Shown one piece after another: positions 37,101 through 60,900 of a stretch of 64,000 bases of DNA. Positions within the stretch are counted from its first letter, which is position 1, and every line of letters starts with the position of its first letter. The notes beneath the pieces were generated by a model. That model saw nothing but the letters and a program-made list of their open reading frames with translations. It ran no database searches and was not told where the DNA came from. Origin of the DNA: Tubiluchus corallicola (taxonomy: Eukaryota > Animalia > Priapulida); the NCBI GenBank assembly GCA_030141605.1, contig JAQGDQ010000031.1, positions 248,001 to 312,000 on the forward strand. Direction: 5' to 3'. Made by a program: the position numbers and the translations under genes.

Positions 37101-40100
37101 AAAAAGTAAAAAGACGACGGGGTGTAAATCGAAAATATTGTGCTATGTTGAAAATTGTTATTATTTTACAGGTGCAGTTACCTTCTAAATCATCAACTCC
37201 AGATTTAACTGCCTTTTTAAACTTGTGAAGGTAGGGCTGCAATGGGTTGAAATATCCTGTAAATAATAATATTTGAAGTTAAGTTACAAGCTAAAAACTG
37301 CACAATTGAAATCAAAAGCAATAAATTTTATTGACAGGCATAATTTATTTTTACATATTAAAACTCAGATCTTGTGTTTTTTAAGAGACCATGTGCAGTG
37401 GCGTAGGGTGGATTTGACTGCTCTATACGGTACCTGTATTTATATAGTTAGATTTACTGTTTAGCTATTTTTAGCAGGCTTTGTTGTTTTTTTAATGACC
37501 TTGCAGCTTTTACAGTCTTTTTCTTTATACTGTCCATGCGATTATGAGATACTTCTATTGTTTGTTATGAAACACCTGTGCCTTGAAGATGAAGGGTGCG
37601 CGGTAAAAGTGGCACAGAAAAAGATGACACAGTAAAATGGCACGGTAAGAATGGCACAGGAAAAAATGGCACTGGTAAAAATGGCACAGGAAAAATGCAC
37701 ATGCGATATTTTGATGCAGTTAGTTTTTATAATAAAACTAGAATGCTCTCAGTAGAAGCAGATCTCTGCCAAAGCCGAACAATCCTAAACTTATTCGTCT
37801 GATTCTTCTGATTAAAAAAACTTAACACAAAGATAAACATTGTTCCACATAGCGTTTGTCTATCGTTTAACAATTCATTTTGGTGATTGTAATAGACTGA
37901 CAGATATATACCTACCAAGTCATTTATAAGGCTGTACCTATTAATAAAAAAGTTTGGTGGAGATAACAAAAAAGAAGTACTAAACACTCATTACACATTA
38001 ATAAAAAAATTGAGTAGAGATGGCAGAAAAGAAGAACTAAACACTCCGTCTGAGATCTTCTTGAAGTAGCTCACGAATATTTTTTGTACGTAGTGTTCGG
38101 TTAAGTTTTGAGAAAAAAGAACCGGCAGAAAGATTCCCATTTTGGCAGCACCTAAGCCCGCCTTTCTTCACAAAGTTTCATAGAAATCGGTTAGATAGTT
38201 TTTGCATAATAGGCTTACGGCCTCAACAGACAAAGACAATCAAACAAACAATCAAACAAACAGACATAACTTCTTTGGCAGCAGTAGCTAAAATAATCAT
38301 CCCCATTATCCCCCACTGTAACCCTAACCTTAAACACATATACTTACACCAAATCTAAACACTTTACCAAGTGCACCATTTTTATCTACTTTCTATTTGT
38401 GCGATTTTTTTCCTTTGCCACTTTGTTCTGTGTCATTTTTACCGTGCCATTTTTTCCTGTGCCTTTTTCCTGTGCCATTTTTACCTACTTTTTATTTGTG
38501 CCATTTTTTTCCTGCGCCATTTTTTTCCTTGAACCATTTTTATACCGTGATATTTTTTCTGTGCCATTTTTTACCTACATTCACGTGGAAAATAATTATT
38601 ATGTATAGTATGATAGATTTTATTATAATAATTTCTGAAAAAATAAATTATTTAAATTTGCACGTATATGATTTTTACCCAAATTCATTCCAGAGATGTT
38701 GAGAACAGACAAAAAAGGTTTTTCACCATGGAATGCTGTATTTGGAACTGGCTGATATAAATGAATTTGTTCGCTAGAACTAAGCGTTCGGTTTACGTAA
38801 CGGCGTATCAGAATATCTATGCAGATGAGATGTACAGGTACCAAACCATATACATGTAGTGTTTATATATTATACAAATAATTTTAAATTGAACTTTATC
38901 GGCAGCCAGGTCGTGCGATCAATGATAAAAAGTAATTAGGATAAAGGTTTAAAACTTGAAAAACTGTTACTATTGTCATTGCAGCTTTTCTTGTTTGACT
39001 CAGGGCGCGCACGAATGCATAACCCCCGCTTCAACAACTTGTATGAGACAGACTTTTACTCGTCCGAGGACTAAAACATTTTACCAACTTTGTTTATTAA
39101 CGTGCTTTAATTTACTGTTTCAGACAAATTGATCGCGCTGTTGTCTGTCTCAGACAAAACCAGGGCCGGCTTCACAAAGCTATCACTAAGTTATTACATG
39201 TTACTAACGGCTTTGTGAAACGGGCCCAGAACAGGTCAACAAAAACAATTGTTTTGGTCACGTGTCATCATCACCCATGCACAGTTTGCTTTATATAAAA
39301 GTTGCCGTATGCAGGAAAATTTTATCTGAGACAATTTTGGCAGAAAGAACGACTTTTTGCAGAAAATTTTTTACCACATGCATCTAATATAATTAGTCAG
39401 TTTTCTACAGTTTGATACGGCCGCACACTTTACAAAGTAGCTTACCCGATATATTTCCAGCCTTTCTCCTTCTGTAACCGCTGCTTCCCCTGTATACATT
39501 ACGACTTTCACCTGATTGCGCCATTATATCCAGACAAATAAAAAGAAATCCAGCCACGGAATACTAAAATAAATAGATAAATAGTTGTGCATCACTTTCT
39601 TTTCTCAGAGACGTTTAAGCTACATTATTATAATATTGTACCGTTTCTGGCAATAAATTATCCACTAATACTAGAAAGGAAATTGATTTTAGTTTTTGTG
39701 GACAAAGACTTTTGCAAGATTTACATAATACCATGTATGAATATTTGACTGTAATAAGTTATGCTGCAGAGGAGCAAGTCACTGCAGAAAACTAAGTCCG
39801 TAAAGCAAGTGTGAATGTTGGACCTGACCGAGTTACACTGCACATGATTCATACACCAAATGTAAATGTTGGATCGGGTCAAGTTACACTGCATAGGATT
39901 TAACTGTATCAAGTGTAAATGATAAACTAGACTGAAATGCATTGCAGAGCATAAAGTATGTATTAAGTGAAAATGTCAGTTTGGATCAAGTTACACTGTA
40001 AACGACCTAGTCCGCATCAAGTGTAAATGTCAGACTGGACCGAGTTACATTGTATAGGGAAGAACCTGTGCCAAGTGCAAAAACCTATCCAACTTGCACT

Positions 40101-40337
40101 GAAACAGACTTAATCCGCATCAAGCATAGCAGAGTTACACAACAGTGGCCAACTAGTGAGATGTTTTGGTCTGAACTAGCTTTGTCAGTGTAAATCGGGT
40201 ATTAATAAAGTAATTATTTCAAATGGCATGTACTTTTTTGGCTTCTGAGTTTTAATAAAATTTGAACGTTTTTAATTTTTAAATGCTACTTACGGTAATG
40301 AAATTATTTCAACTGAAAAGCTTACCCATCTCCTCAT
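31192..40337 (-). CDS. Secreted pentraxin-domain protein, paralogue A (about 360 aa, 8 exons)
   Basis: Exons: 40337-40326 (MRRW; an upstream in-frame ATG is at 40355), 39563-39446, 37256-37182, 36217-36069, 34804-34650, 33360-33242, 32457-32293, 31481-31192; phases consistent, 1083 nt. Signal-peptide-like YSVAGFLFICLDIMAQSGES. Pentraxin motifs FP..GTSDYIKL, TTCMWVK, FISYAT, WHSVC, VDG, GGCLIFGQDQ..GF..SQSFRG. Exon 1 is the least certain. Confidence 0.85.
37594..38582. mobile_element. Foldback/MULE-like element copy 2, with internal HINE-like insert (about 37736-38287)
   Basis: gggtgcgcggtaaaa plus (aaaaatggcac)n on the left; (gtgccattttt)n plus acctacattc on the right. Insert has subterminal inverted repeats tctctgccaaag / ctttggcag and a caaa/caga microsatellite. 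Explains ORFs at 37596, 38397 and 38399. Confidence 0.8.
39162..39228. mobile_element. Tiny palindromic MITE (Harbinger-like ends)
   Basis: ggccggcttcacaaagc ... gctttgtgaaacgggcc. Confidence 0.5.
39780..40140. repeat. Degenerate tandem repeat (about 50-55-bp unit) in intron 1 of paralogue A
   Basis: aagtgtaaatgt...gac...agttacactg recurs about 6-7 times. Confidence 0.7.
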
Positions 40338-42157
40338 TGATGGTGAGTGCGTCATACTTCACAAAGGAGAATCTTTATTTACTAAAAGATAAGCGAGGCG
40401 AAGAAGACTCTAAATATATTCGTTTGGGCCACCACAACTAACTGCGGCTGCGGCGTGGTCAACAAGACAGTTATAAAGTAGCCTTCGAAGTAAGTGACCT
40501 GTGGTAAAGAGAAAAATTACAGCTGTATGCCATGTTACCAAAACATGCTAAGGGACGCGGTATAAAGCCTTTTTGACTGAGTTTTTTTTGTCGACGTCAA
40601 AGCAACGACCGTTGTTACTGCCTCCATAGTCTTATTATGCTACTATGAAATTTCACTTTTTAGCCTGGTTATGGACCGGCTCTGACAGCAAAAGCTAGCG
40701 TTGACACGGTACAGGAATTACCAGTGAACCACAACAAATTGTCATTAAACTATAATGTAAGTTGCTTGACGCTAAACCCAGGTGCAGCAATAAAAAAAGT
40801 CACTCGATTATATTCACAGTTATTTATTCATTTACCTATATTTTCTTAATAATTTACTTTGCAATTGATGCGCTACGTCAGTCAGTCTGTTACATTGTTG
40901 TGAGCGTGGCTGTACGTTTATTGTTAACTGAAAAGATCATAATTTAAATGCAAATGAAACTTTAATTACACGATTCAATGCTAAAAAATAACTATGTAGC
41001 AAGCTTTTTCCCTAGTAACTAAGACAATAAGTTCTTTGTTCCTTCACAAGGAACCTACATGACTATGACTATACAGTTTGTAGTCTGCTGGACTGAATGA
41101 AAAAAATTCCAGTACCGCGTACTCCGTTCAAATAGACATGTCATTCACTATATGAAATTGTTTTTTAATAAGAAACAATGCAGAAGGATAAGAAAAGGGG
41201 TACCAGAAGTAGGTTTCAGAAAAATCATCCTAAAAATTGTATTACTTTATAGAAACTTTATGCATGTACCGTACTCGCGTTAAAAGGATTTTTTGTTTGT
41301 TTTCATTTTAAATTTGTTCCGACTGCGCCATTACATGACGTCATATACGCACAACGTAAATCAGAGTAAGAAAAGGCAATGTTAAACTATATCCTAAAAA
41401 ATTTTCCATGCAAAGTGACTTAGCATTTCGCTTACCTGCTTGAAAGACATATGTAATTAGAAAAGAAAATTATTAGTTATTTAAAATGTTTTCACCAATT
41501 GGTAAAATGGCGTTGAAACACCTCCCGGTACACCGCTCACTAACTAAAAAACGCATTTTTAATCTTATTGACAAGAAACAGTAATCTAAAATTTTGCTTA
41601 GCTAGTGACATGTGCGCTACGAATCCTCTGATTATTACTTATCGTTAAAATGCTGCGTCTAGCGGTCATCGCTGGAATCTAAATGTACATGTATTATACA
41701 ACGTTACTGCTGACACAAGCCCCGTATGCAAAAAGACAGTGTGTAAGTTGTATAAAATTTCAAGAGACGAATTTATTAAATTTTATGTAAGTGGATTGTT
41801 TTTGCGCTTTGAGCGTTGGCACGCAAATCACTGCATGCTTCACTTATTTTTTTAAGAAATTAAATGAGCCGAAAACTTTAGTCTACATGACTGCGATTTC
41901 ACTAAGAAAAATCGACCTAGTTATGTATGGGTGACGATTAGAAGTTCTATATTAGAAACTAAAACTGTAAATGAAACTGGGTTTTTAAAAAAATAAGAAA
42001 TCTGTGCAATGGATTTGACGCCTTAGTACTTAGTAGGCGTACAAGTATAAATGAATTGTTGAGCAGAAAATGGCAATCAAAATGGGCAGATTTTAAGAGC
42101 CTTATTTAATGTTTATTTTGTTTTATAATCCGTCAAATTGTTACAACTATAGCAGGA

Positions 42158-42286
<129 letters not shown>

Positions 42287-43127
42287 GACAGTCAAACCGG
42301 ATTGCAAATAAAGTTGCCGCTAAGCGAGTTTGGCATTATAAATGGAGCGTTATTACGAGTTATGATCGTCGTCGTCGTCGTCATCATCATCATCATTATT
42401 ATTACTATTATTTTATTTCGAGCATAAAAATATACAGAGCATGGATTTTTTTCATTTATTATTTTAATGTTTATTTTACTGCATAATCCACCAAACAATT
42501 ATTTTATAGCACGACTCATTTAACAGAATGACAATTGAAAAACAATAATGGGGCAAGAGTTTACAGCCCGAGTACACAACTTTTTAATAGCTTTATAATT
42601 ATAGGGTTGAGCAAAGTTGCCAACTCTATTACAAAAAGTGCGAGAATTTGAGATGGTGAAATAAGGAGAGAATAATTACGGTGAGGAAAGAACGGTGTGT
42701 GTGTGTGTGTGTGCGTGCGTGCGTGCGTGTGTGCGTGCGTGTGGTGTGCTAAAACGTGGCAACAAGGAGTTTGATACATCGTGTGAGTTCTTAACATATG
42801 ATAAACGTGCATTTGAATGAGTCGAATTAACAAATCAGCCTAGCTAAAAATACCGACACAAAATCAAATATATTACGTGTGTGTTTGTACATACATATTC
42901 TTCCATCAATCCCATTTTTTGCTTTATTTGTGGTTTGACAAAGTTGACAAATGACCTATTGATGAAAATATATCACAACACAAATGCCGTTTTCAGATTT
43001 TTAAATTCAATAATTATACTAAGCATAGGCTCTGTCGTCTGACAATGATACATTTGTCACTCTTCAGTACACAAAGCCAGTAAATAACGTTATATTTTAT
43101 ACAGAATGTACTGTCACAAAAATATGT

Positions 43128-52873
<9,746 letters not shown>

Positions 52874-54419
52874 ATTTGCCGAAAAGAATTTTTCTGTAGT
52901 AATTAAAACAGTGTTTACGCAGAAAACCTTCTGTTAGCAACTGCGCCAGAAAGTGCCATCGTGCTCTGTAAATTATTGTTATACGTCGCGCTAGAACCGG
53001 TCAAGCACATAACATGAAAAAAGTGATATCAAAATAGGTCCTGACCTATTATTAAAATGAGGAAATCGTATTGTCGTGCATGTAAGAAGTTTGCATCGAG
53101 CAAAGGACATGTTTATAAACTTACTGACCCCCGTACCATGTACGATTAATTTGTTCCGTGAGAACGCATTTATAACTCATTAATATTTTACACTTGTCAA
53201 TGTTTCCTGAATCGTTGATAATTTTAGTGCAATGGTGTTTTATATCTTATACAAAGGAATTTTATATCATCATGAGAAAATAATGTTGGCAAAATTTAAT
53301 GTGACCGAAAATAATGTAGCCTAAACTTCGCATGACCATTTGAACTATTAACTAGTTTTTAATGGTTGTCTTAGATTACGTGCTTACAGCAGTAACACAG
53401 TTTTTAATGTTAATTTAAATTAAAGTACTTAGCTAAGACATCGTCAACTATAATCGTAATGCAACACTAATTAATACTAGAAGTTAATATGCAGTTCTAA
53501 TAAAAATAGCACGTTTTTCACCATCAAGTACTGCAACAATCTATCATTATAGCCTTAAGGTGGATAGCTTTACCTGCAGGTAACATAAAATTTGCAGCTT
53601 AATGTGTTAGATCGGTAAGTATGGAATTTCTTTCATCGGCAAAACAAACATTTAATTCTAGTAATATGCAGTCTTTAAATCGTTACTTTTTTGCATAGAT
53701 CAGCAAAACACTAAATGTTCCTCATTGATGACATACATTTTTAAACGTTCTTGCTTCAAAACAACGGCGATACTTGAATAGGTGTCAACGTAGGAAGCAA
53801 TCTACTCTAATTAAAAACAATAAACATAATTTACAGGAAATCACAACTAGCGCTTTTAAACAACTTGCCCTTTTTTGCCCCAAAAATGGCCAAATTAATT
53901 TATAATTTTAACACATTCAATTTAACAGATCATTTCTGTAAGTACGAAATCCACAGTACCGAAAAAACACTCGCACAAAACACCGTTGCAAATCAAGCAC
54001 AGCACACAAATTTTCAAGAATGTGGTACAGAAATATAAAAGAAACCGTTTGCCTTGGGATAAACAAATAAACACTGGAATATAACAGTTTTGGGGTGTTT
54101 TCGGGAGAGCAAAATTTGCAGAAAAGCTATTAATAGTAACAAACAGAAAATATGAGCTTCGACCTTTTCATTTTTCCTTGGTCAAATATTGACATTGACG
54201 TCGGCCAAGAAGTTCAGGGTTCAAGTCGGCATTGATGCGAGCTTCAGTTTGTTACAAACAATACCAAAAACATGAAAACTAAACAGGAATTTGAAGGAAT
54301 AACGTGCATAAATTTTCTCTTACCGCCTCTATTACTGGCTGTTTTACGGAACCGGTGCTTCGATGGAAAACGCACTGTCCACGCTCTTAATGAATCGACC
54401 GGAACAATTACGTGCCTGC

Positions 54420-55299
54420 AAATGTAGATAAAATGGCACAGTAAAAATTGCATAGGAAAAAATAGCACAAATGAAAACGTAGGAAAAAAGTTGTATATAT
54501 GTTATTTTGATGCATATAATTTGTATGACAAGACTAGAATGCGCTCAGCAGGAAACAGACCTCCGCCAAGGTCGAAAAACCCGTTCGTTCTTTTAATAGA
54601 AAAAACTTAAAACAAAGTTTTATAATAACATGCTATAATATACCTATATAAGTATTATACAGACTAGCAAAGGACCCAAAAATATTTCGTTTATTAAACA
54701 GAATTATAATGAATAATGCACAAACTTTCCACATAGTGTTTGTCTTAACCATTTTGCTTTGGCAATAGACTGATAAACGTAACTAGCTCGTAGTTGTCTG
54801 TCCTGGTAGAGATAATAAAACAAGAATTCCCCTCTCTTGTAGCTAAGTCCTCATCTTCCCAAAAAGCTATAACACTCCGTCTGAGACCTCTACGAATTGC
54901 TTCACCGATGTTTTTGTACGTAGTGTTCGGTCAGGTTTTGTGAAAACAAAGAACGTGCGAAAAAACATATGCTTTTCTTGGCAGTAGTGCTCCATCCCCT
55001 ATCCAGGAATCTGGTCAAAAATGTGTCTTTCTTTTCTCCTACTCACCTTCGTAGAAATCTATTAGGTGCGCCTTTGGGTAATAGACTTGCAGCTATATAA
55101 CAGGCAAAAAACAAACAGCATTGAAGCATAACTTCCTTGGTAGAGGTCAAAATAACGAAAATAATTATCCCACACAATAACTCATGTTGTGTAAGTCGTT
55201 TGTCCCACTTTTCCTATTTTTCCACTTTCACACTTTTTTCCTGTGTTTTTTTCCTATGCCATTTTTACTTGCGTTTTTTTACCGTGCAGCGGTGCACCC
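54420..55299. mobile_element. Foldback/MULE-like element copy 3, with internal HINE-like insert (about 54532-55148)
   Basis: Same arms as copies 1 and 2; insert actagaatgcgc...acctccgccaagg ... ccttggtagaggt. Confidence 0.75.
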
Positions 55300-56249
55300 A
55301 CGCCGGGACACTGATTCGTAAGAGGTGTCTATTTATAATATCACCCTGTGATCACCATCGTGATCCTGCATGAAGCGCGCATGAGAAAAAAATAAATTTT
55401 ATTGAAAAATTAATTACGCTTCAAGTAATTTCATAGAACGCGCGAAAAAAGATTTACAAAAGTGGTTAACGCTTAAGTTCATCGTAAAGACAAATTTCGT
55501 GTTTTATACTAATAGATATGTAAGAATTATATAGAGTTTACGATGAAATTTTCATGTTGCATAATGCATTACTGGAAGCAAGGTGTTCGCTACGTAAAAA
55601 AAGCCAAGTGTGCATACCGTCTTTACTGAGGAAATAATGTCAAACTGCGGAAATTCGACTACATAAAAATAAAGTTAAAGTTTGTTAAATGAAACTTATA
55701 AAATGGAGTAACGCATAGGCCTGCTATTCTGTGTTAACAAAAGCAATTGAAATTCAGTAGCGAGTAACATTACATGAAAAGAAGGTACGTTAAGAGACTG
55801 ATAATAATTAAAAAAGGCCTTGAGGTCTGGCCACGTCGAGACTGGGTTCAGCAACAATCAGTCAGACCGGCAGCGCAGTTACCCGTGTGACCTTCATTCT
55901 GTCACTCCTACGTCGACTACATCTCCTTGTACGGATGTTTTTCGTTTGGTTTGCCCAAGTAGTTACGCTAACCTCGTAAGGGTTAAGCTAGATTTAGCGC
56001 AAAAGCTGTTCCACTTCTCCGGTAATCGCCGAACAAAAATAGCGAGAAAGCCAAGTGCGTTCTTTCACGTCATCGGGTCTCACCAGAGGGATATACTTCT
56101 GCGGGTCGCCAGAACGGCTTTGTCCCGATACTAGTGATCTCAGCGTCAAGCTTCGTAACTGTGTAAATCCATAAAGCTGCCCATAAGCTGTTTACAACGA
56201 CAACATAACTATTCATAAACTAAATTGTAATCCATACAGACTCTACCAC

Positions 56250-56920
56250 TGCTATTTACAACAAAAATACTTCATCAAAGAGAAACTGCATCTCTGCTCA
56301 AGGATCTTACGCTTACTGCCCGCAGCTGCGGAAAAGCAAGTACCGTCAACTGCTACCATCAGAAAAACGTACCTTTTGACACAAGTCCTGAACTCAGTGA
56401 GTCCCAGCAACTGATAAGCGTGGATCCGTGAAAACAAAGGTCAACAGGAACAAGCAGACATGTCAAGGATAGCTGGTTCGAAACCACTTGATGCCAAACC
56501 ATGCCAGGTGCAAGCCGGACAAGCCAACAGAGCCCGTAATTTGCATAGCTTATGTGGGATGCTGTAAAAATATAAGGCAGCGTCTTTTTAACTGCTGCCA
56601 AGTAAAATAGTATGCCACTTTTTCTTTCACATCGAATGACTAACATCATGATGAAGACAGGCTTTACTAAATAAGCAACTCACAGCTTGATGGTCCTACT
56701 GCATGTGTTGCTTTCATCTCACATTTTAGAATGTGTTCAATGCCACTCAATGCCAGACGTGCCATTAAAGGTGTAAAAGGTCCCGCAAAACCCATCAACA
56801 TGTGCCTGATAAAAAAACTTGGGAAACAAGCTACGGTAACTGCTGATCATACTTTAGGTATGAATTTTTTCGTGACTTCTTTTTGGAGTGCAAGTTCTTG
56901 CAGAACTGCTTCTTTCGCGA
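56250..56920 (-). pseudogene. Fossil DNA-transposon transposase fragment, Academ-like
   Basis: Read across stops and frameshifts: DQQL, HMLMGFAG...LMA...SGIEHIL, SRTIKL*VAYLVKPVFIMMLVIRCER...TLPYIFTASHISYANYGL. Recognised from memory as a widespread invertebrate transposase family; the Academ label is tentative. Confidence 0.65.
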
Positions 56921-57946
56921 TCATTTTGAATATTAACGGGAAACAAACAACAATATTATTCAGGTTTGAGTAATAATCTGACTTAATTTGATCCAATAAG
57001 GACTGCAACACATTGTATACCATTTATCTGCGTATAATGTTTTCTGAGATGTATGTAACAATATATGAAAAGCTTGATTTTCTATAACTTTATGGTAGCC
57101 ACATTGGATTTTTAAATTTAATAAAGCAAAAACGCAAATAAGCTATAGGCATAAGCTTTTATCAAAAACAAAACATAATTTACTTTGTTGACCATCTTGG
57201 ATAATGTATTTCGTCAATTTTTTATCCAGATTGCTACAGGAAAGATGTACATACACTATTAGTTTCATCTTTTTTCAAAGTCAAAAGATGCTTGACTTGT
57301 TGGTAATATTAAGCCGGTGCTACACGAAAAAAACACAAAACAATGATTTGACAGCCATCTTTGATTTTTTTTAATTTAAAACAAATTGAGCTTTTCCAAG
57401 AAGTACTCGTTAGGTTCTAAATCCGCATTTCAAATTTGCATGGAAACTGCAAAAAAACATTGTATATGTCAAAAAATAGGGTGGCACCTCCTTTATTATT
57501 TGTCCTCGCTATTATACTTATAGATCTCTAATAAATGGTCTGTCTTTGCTCTTTCAGGAGCTGAATTTGAGAAACTAAACTTTAACCTCCACAAGATGTC
57601 ACCACAAGTAATAAAGTATTTCTGTGGATACACAGGATAGTGATATGACACAATCGTTGCTGCCAGAAGATGGCGAGGGCAATCGATTAGAATGCTGAGC
57701 TCTTTAGATGTTCTTCCTCTTCTCTATTCGCCTTCGCAGTAGATAGGCTGTAATGTAGTAATATGATTGTGAAACTGTAAGGCAGCAACCTATAGTTCAT
57801 AGCTCTGCAGTCTGTGTACACAATTTACAATCACGTGCTTACTGTAACTAGTTAATTGTACCTGACAGATCATCACTACATTCATGCATTTGACAAGTTC
57901 AGTTAATCAAGAAAAGTCAGCTGCACAATAAAGTGATTATTGATGA

Positions 57947-60900
57947 TTATCTGGCATGATCACTGATGAAGAAAAGAGTAGACTGATAATCACCCTTAAG
58001 ATAAACTTTAGGGTTGACACCAGTATTTGGAATTTCTACAGCTAATTTTTGACCAATCTGTGAGAAATGCTCGTTGAAAGCACAAGCGACAGATTTATTG
58101 TCAGTTATTAATTTGTTGTTAATTTTAAGAATATATGAACCAGATTTTCTATTTGACTGTAAAATTTCTTTCATAAGAATCCACGTTTTCTTCAAGTTGG
58201 TTTTAACATGTTCTAGTTTGTTTTGATAATAATTAGATTTAGAGAGTTTTATTATGTTGTTTAACCTATTACGATACTGTTTGTATTCACGAATAATGGG
58301 ATCATAATTAATATTATTCTTGAGAATTTGATTATACAACTTATTTTTACATTTAATGCTATTTAAAATGGCATGTGTAATCCATGGCTTTTTAATGGCA
58401 CCACGATTTATATTATTGTTGTTAATTGTAGTTATATTGTTATTGTACATCATTTGAAATTTATCTAAAAATAAATAATACGCTTCTTGTGGTTCAGCTG
58501 TAGTATATACATCCTTCCAATCAGAATTATCCAAATCAGAAGCAAATTTGCGTTTAATACGGTCATTATAGATAGTTCTATTATATTTAAAGAAATATGA
58601 CGTATTTACGTTTAAATCGATTATCAAGAAAATTGGCAAGGATCAGTAATGTCAAAAAGTAAATTACCAGATTTGAATTTATGTTCAATTACATTGGTAA
58701 AAATATTGTCTATCAATGTTGAACTATTAGGCGTTATACGTGTAGGTAACGTAATTACAGGATAAATACTATTAGATCATAGTGTTTGAAAAATCAGATG
58801 TAGCTTCATGGGTTGAGAAGATTAACAAATTAATATTGAAGTCACCAAGAATGAAAATTTGTTTCTTATGACGGGTTACAGTACACAATAAATTAGATAA
58901 CTGCTCAGTGAAACGTTGGGGATCTTCACCAGGTGGTCTGTAAACAGAACCCACTATTATATTTGTAGCTTTGCTGACATGTATTTCAATGAAAATTGTT
59001 TCTAAAATCTGATTACTGACGCTGAGATCATATCTTACTGAATAATTAATATTATTACTGATGTATAAACCTACACCACCTCCTTTCTTTTATATTCTCG
59101 ATTTTTACTAACAAAACTGTAACCTGGCAAGTTGGAAAAATAAGGAGATTTAGAATGAAGCCATGTCTCAGATAAGGCTATGACTGGGAAGTTAACTTTC
59201 AACAAATGTAGGAGTGCCGTGAAATAATCATAGTTCGCTGCCAAACTACGTATATTTAAATGAATCATAGAGAATATCGTGGTGTCCTTAATAATCCTGG
59301 TCTCGGGAACCAGTTATCGTGATTTATTCTTTACTATGGTCACTAGTACCAATTATCGTTGTCGTTATCATGTAATATTAATCTCTCTAATTAATATTGA
59401 TTCTTATCTCTCGCTCGTGATCGTATAACACGTGACCTAAGACACACGACTTATTTAAAGAGTGATTTGCCTCTATTACACTAATTGCTATAAGGTTATT
59501 TACAACCTGGCTCCTAGAGCTTAAGATAAAGTCTATAGAGCAATAATATCTTCTCACAAGACTGTTTCTATGACTCCGCGTTGTGAAAGAGTCTTAATCT
59601 CTAAAGCTTACTAGCAAGAGTTCCCGCAATTAAACTCGTAAATTACAAAATGTACACAGCAAATCTTCAGATTCGTATACAGAATTTAGTGTTGCTTAAC
59701 TGAAACACCTATAAGCATACTCAAACTATTCATTTAAGTTAAAGCGAAATCCGTTTATTGTTTTACAACAATTACTCTTAGTCAACTAATATTACAATAT
59801 TTGATCTTAATCGCCAAAGACGCTCACAATTAATAATTAGCTCTAAGAGACACTAATCAGATTCACTTAACTATTTCCTTGCTTCGCACTTAAGGTGCTA
59901 ATTACAATGTGAAGTATACAATTACAATCAACTACACGTTACACTTAAGGTGTCTATTACACTGTGAATTTACTATGCAGAGTTGCTCTCAAGTTACGAT
60001 ACGTTAAGATCACTTAACTTGGTGGAATGACCAATGATGACTGTTCAATTGGTCAATTCCAAATCCGTTGCAAGACTATCGTAGATCCAGTGCTCAGCAG
60101 TTGAGTACGCAGATTTGATGTCCATGCTGGTCTTACGTGTCTTTGCTTCTTCAGTCTCTTCTCTCCCGACACGTGGTTCACCCACAACCACTCAGTTCTA
60201 ACTTACTCGCAGCCTCCTTCGTTCCTCAACATATCATCTTATATATCCAAGCCGAGATTTCATAACATTGCGTGCTCACGCTGCAATGTGTCGCAATAAC
60301 TCTCGCTTTAGCGGTAACGTCGTATTCTTGCAATAGTTCAAAGGTCACCCTGGGCTTGTAAGTTTATAACCACCCCGGTGTTTTCTAACACAGCTCCTTG
60401 CATGAGAAAACCGCTATCTGACTCTCCGTCCTTCACAACTTCCAAAGATTGCTTTTCGCTTCGCTTGGGCAATAAACCTTTCTCTCAAAGAAATCCACTC
60501 TTCGTTATTTCTTAATAATTATGACAACTCTACATAACATTACATGAGGCTTATTATCTAACCACGCATAGCTATGGAATTAAGCTTTGCTTCCTCTAAA
60601 CTAAACACCTGCAATTTCGACGCTCTCTTAAATAAACACCTGTGACAAACTTTTACTTTCTAAATGAACGCCTGTTCTATTCCTTGTAAACCCAAATAAC
60701 TCTGCGACGATAATTTCTTGCCTTGCATTAAATATGTGCTTTATCAGCTAAGTGAGTTCCCATAATCTTTTAATAAATTTATCTAATCCAATTAGGAGGT
60801 CTCTTTATCAACATAATCTAATGAAGTTGATAACTCCATTAATTAATCACTTAATTCATGATTCCGAAATTTATTCATAACAAGAAGCTATTATTGTAAC

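Noticed and set aside
36694-37188. 164-aa plus-strand ORF
   Set aside because: Antisense within an intron of paralogue A, TTG start, no domain, and no counterpart in paralogue B.
37594-38582. Regular 15-bp repeats, and the 30-bp array at 43431, as possible CRISPR arrays
   Set aside because: Eukaryotic context, no unique spacers and no cas genes; they are transposon arms and a minisatellite.
39446-39524. Pentraxins starting at MAQ without a signal peptide
   Set aside because: Both copies have an in-frame hydrophobic stretch and a splice acceptor upstream of MAQ, so a signal peptide is more likely.
53570-53590. ATG TTA CCT GCA G|gtaaag as first coding exon of paralogue B
   Set aside because: A phase-1 donor does not fit the phase-0 acceptor at 52638; it could still be a 5'UTR exon.
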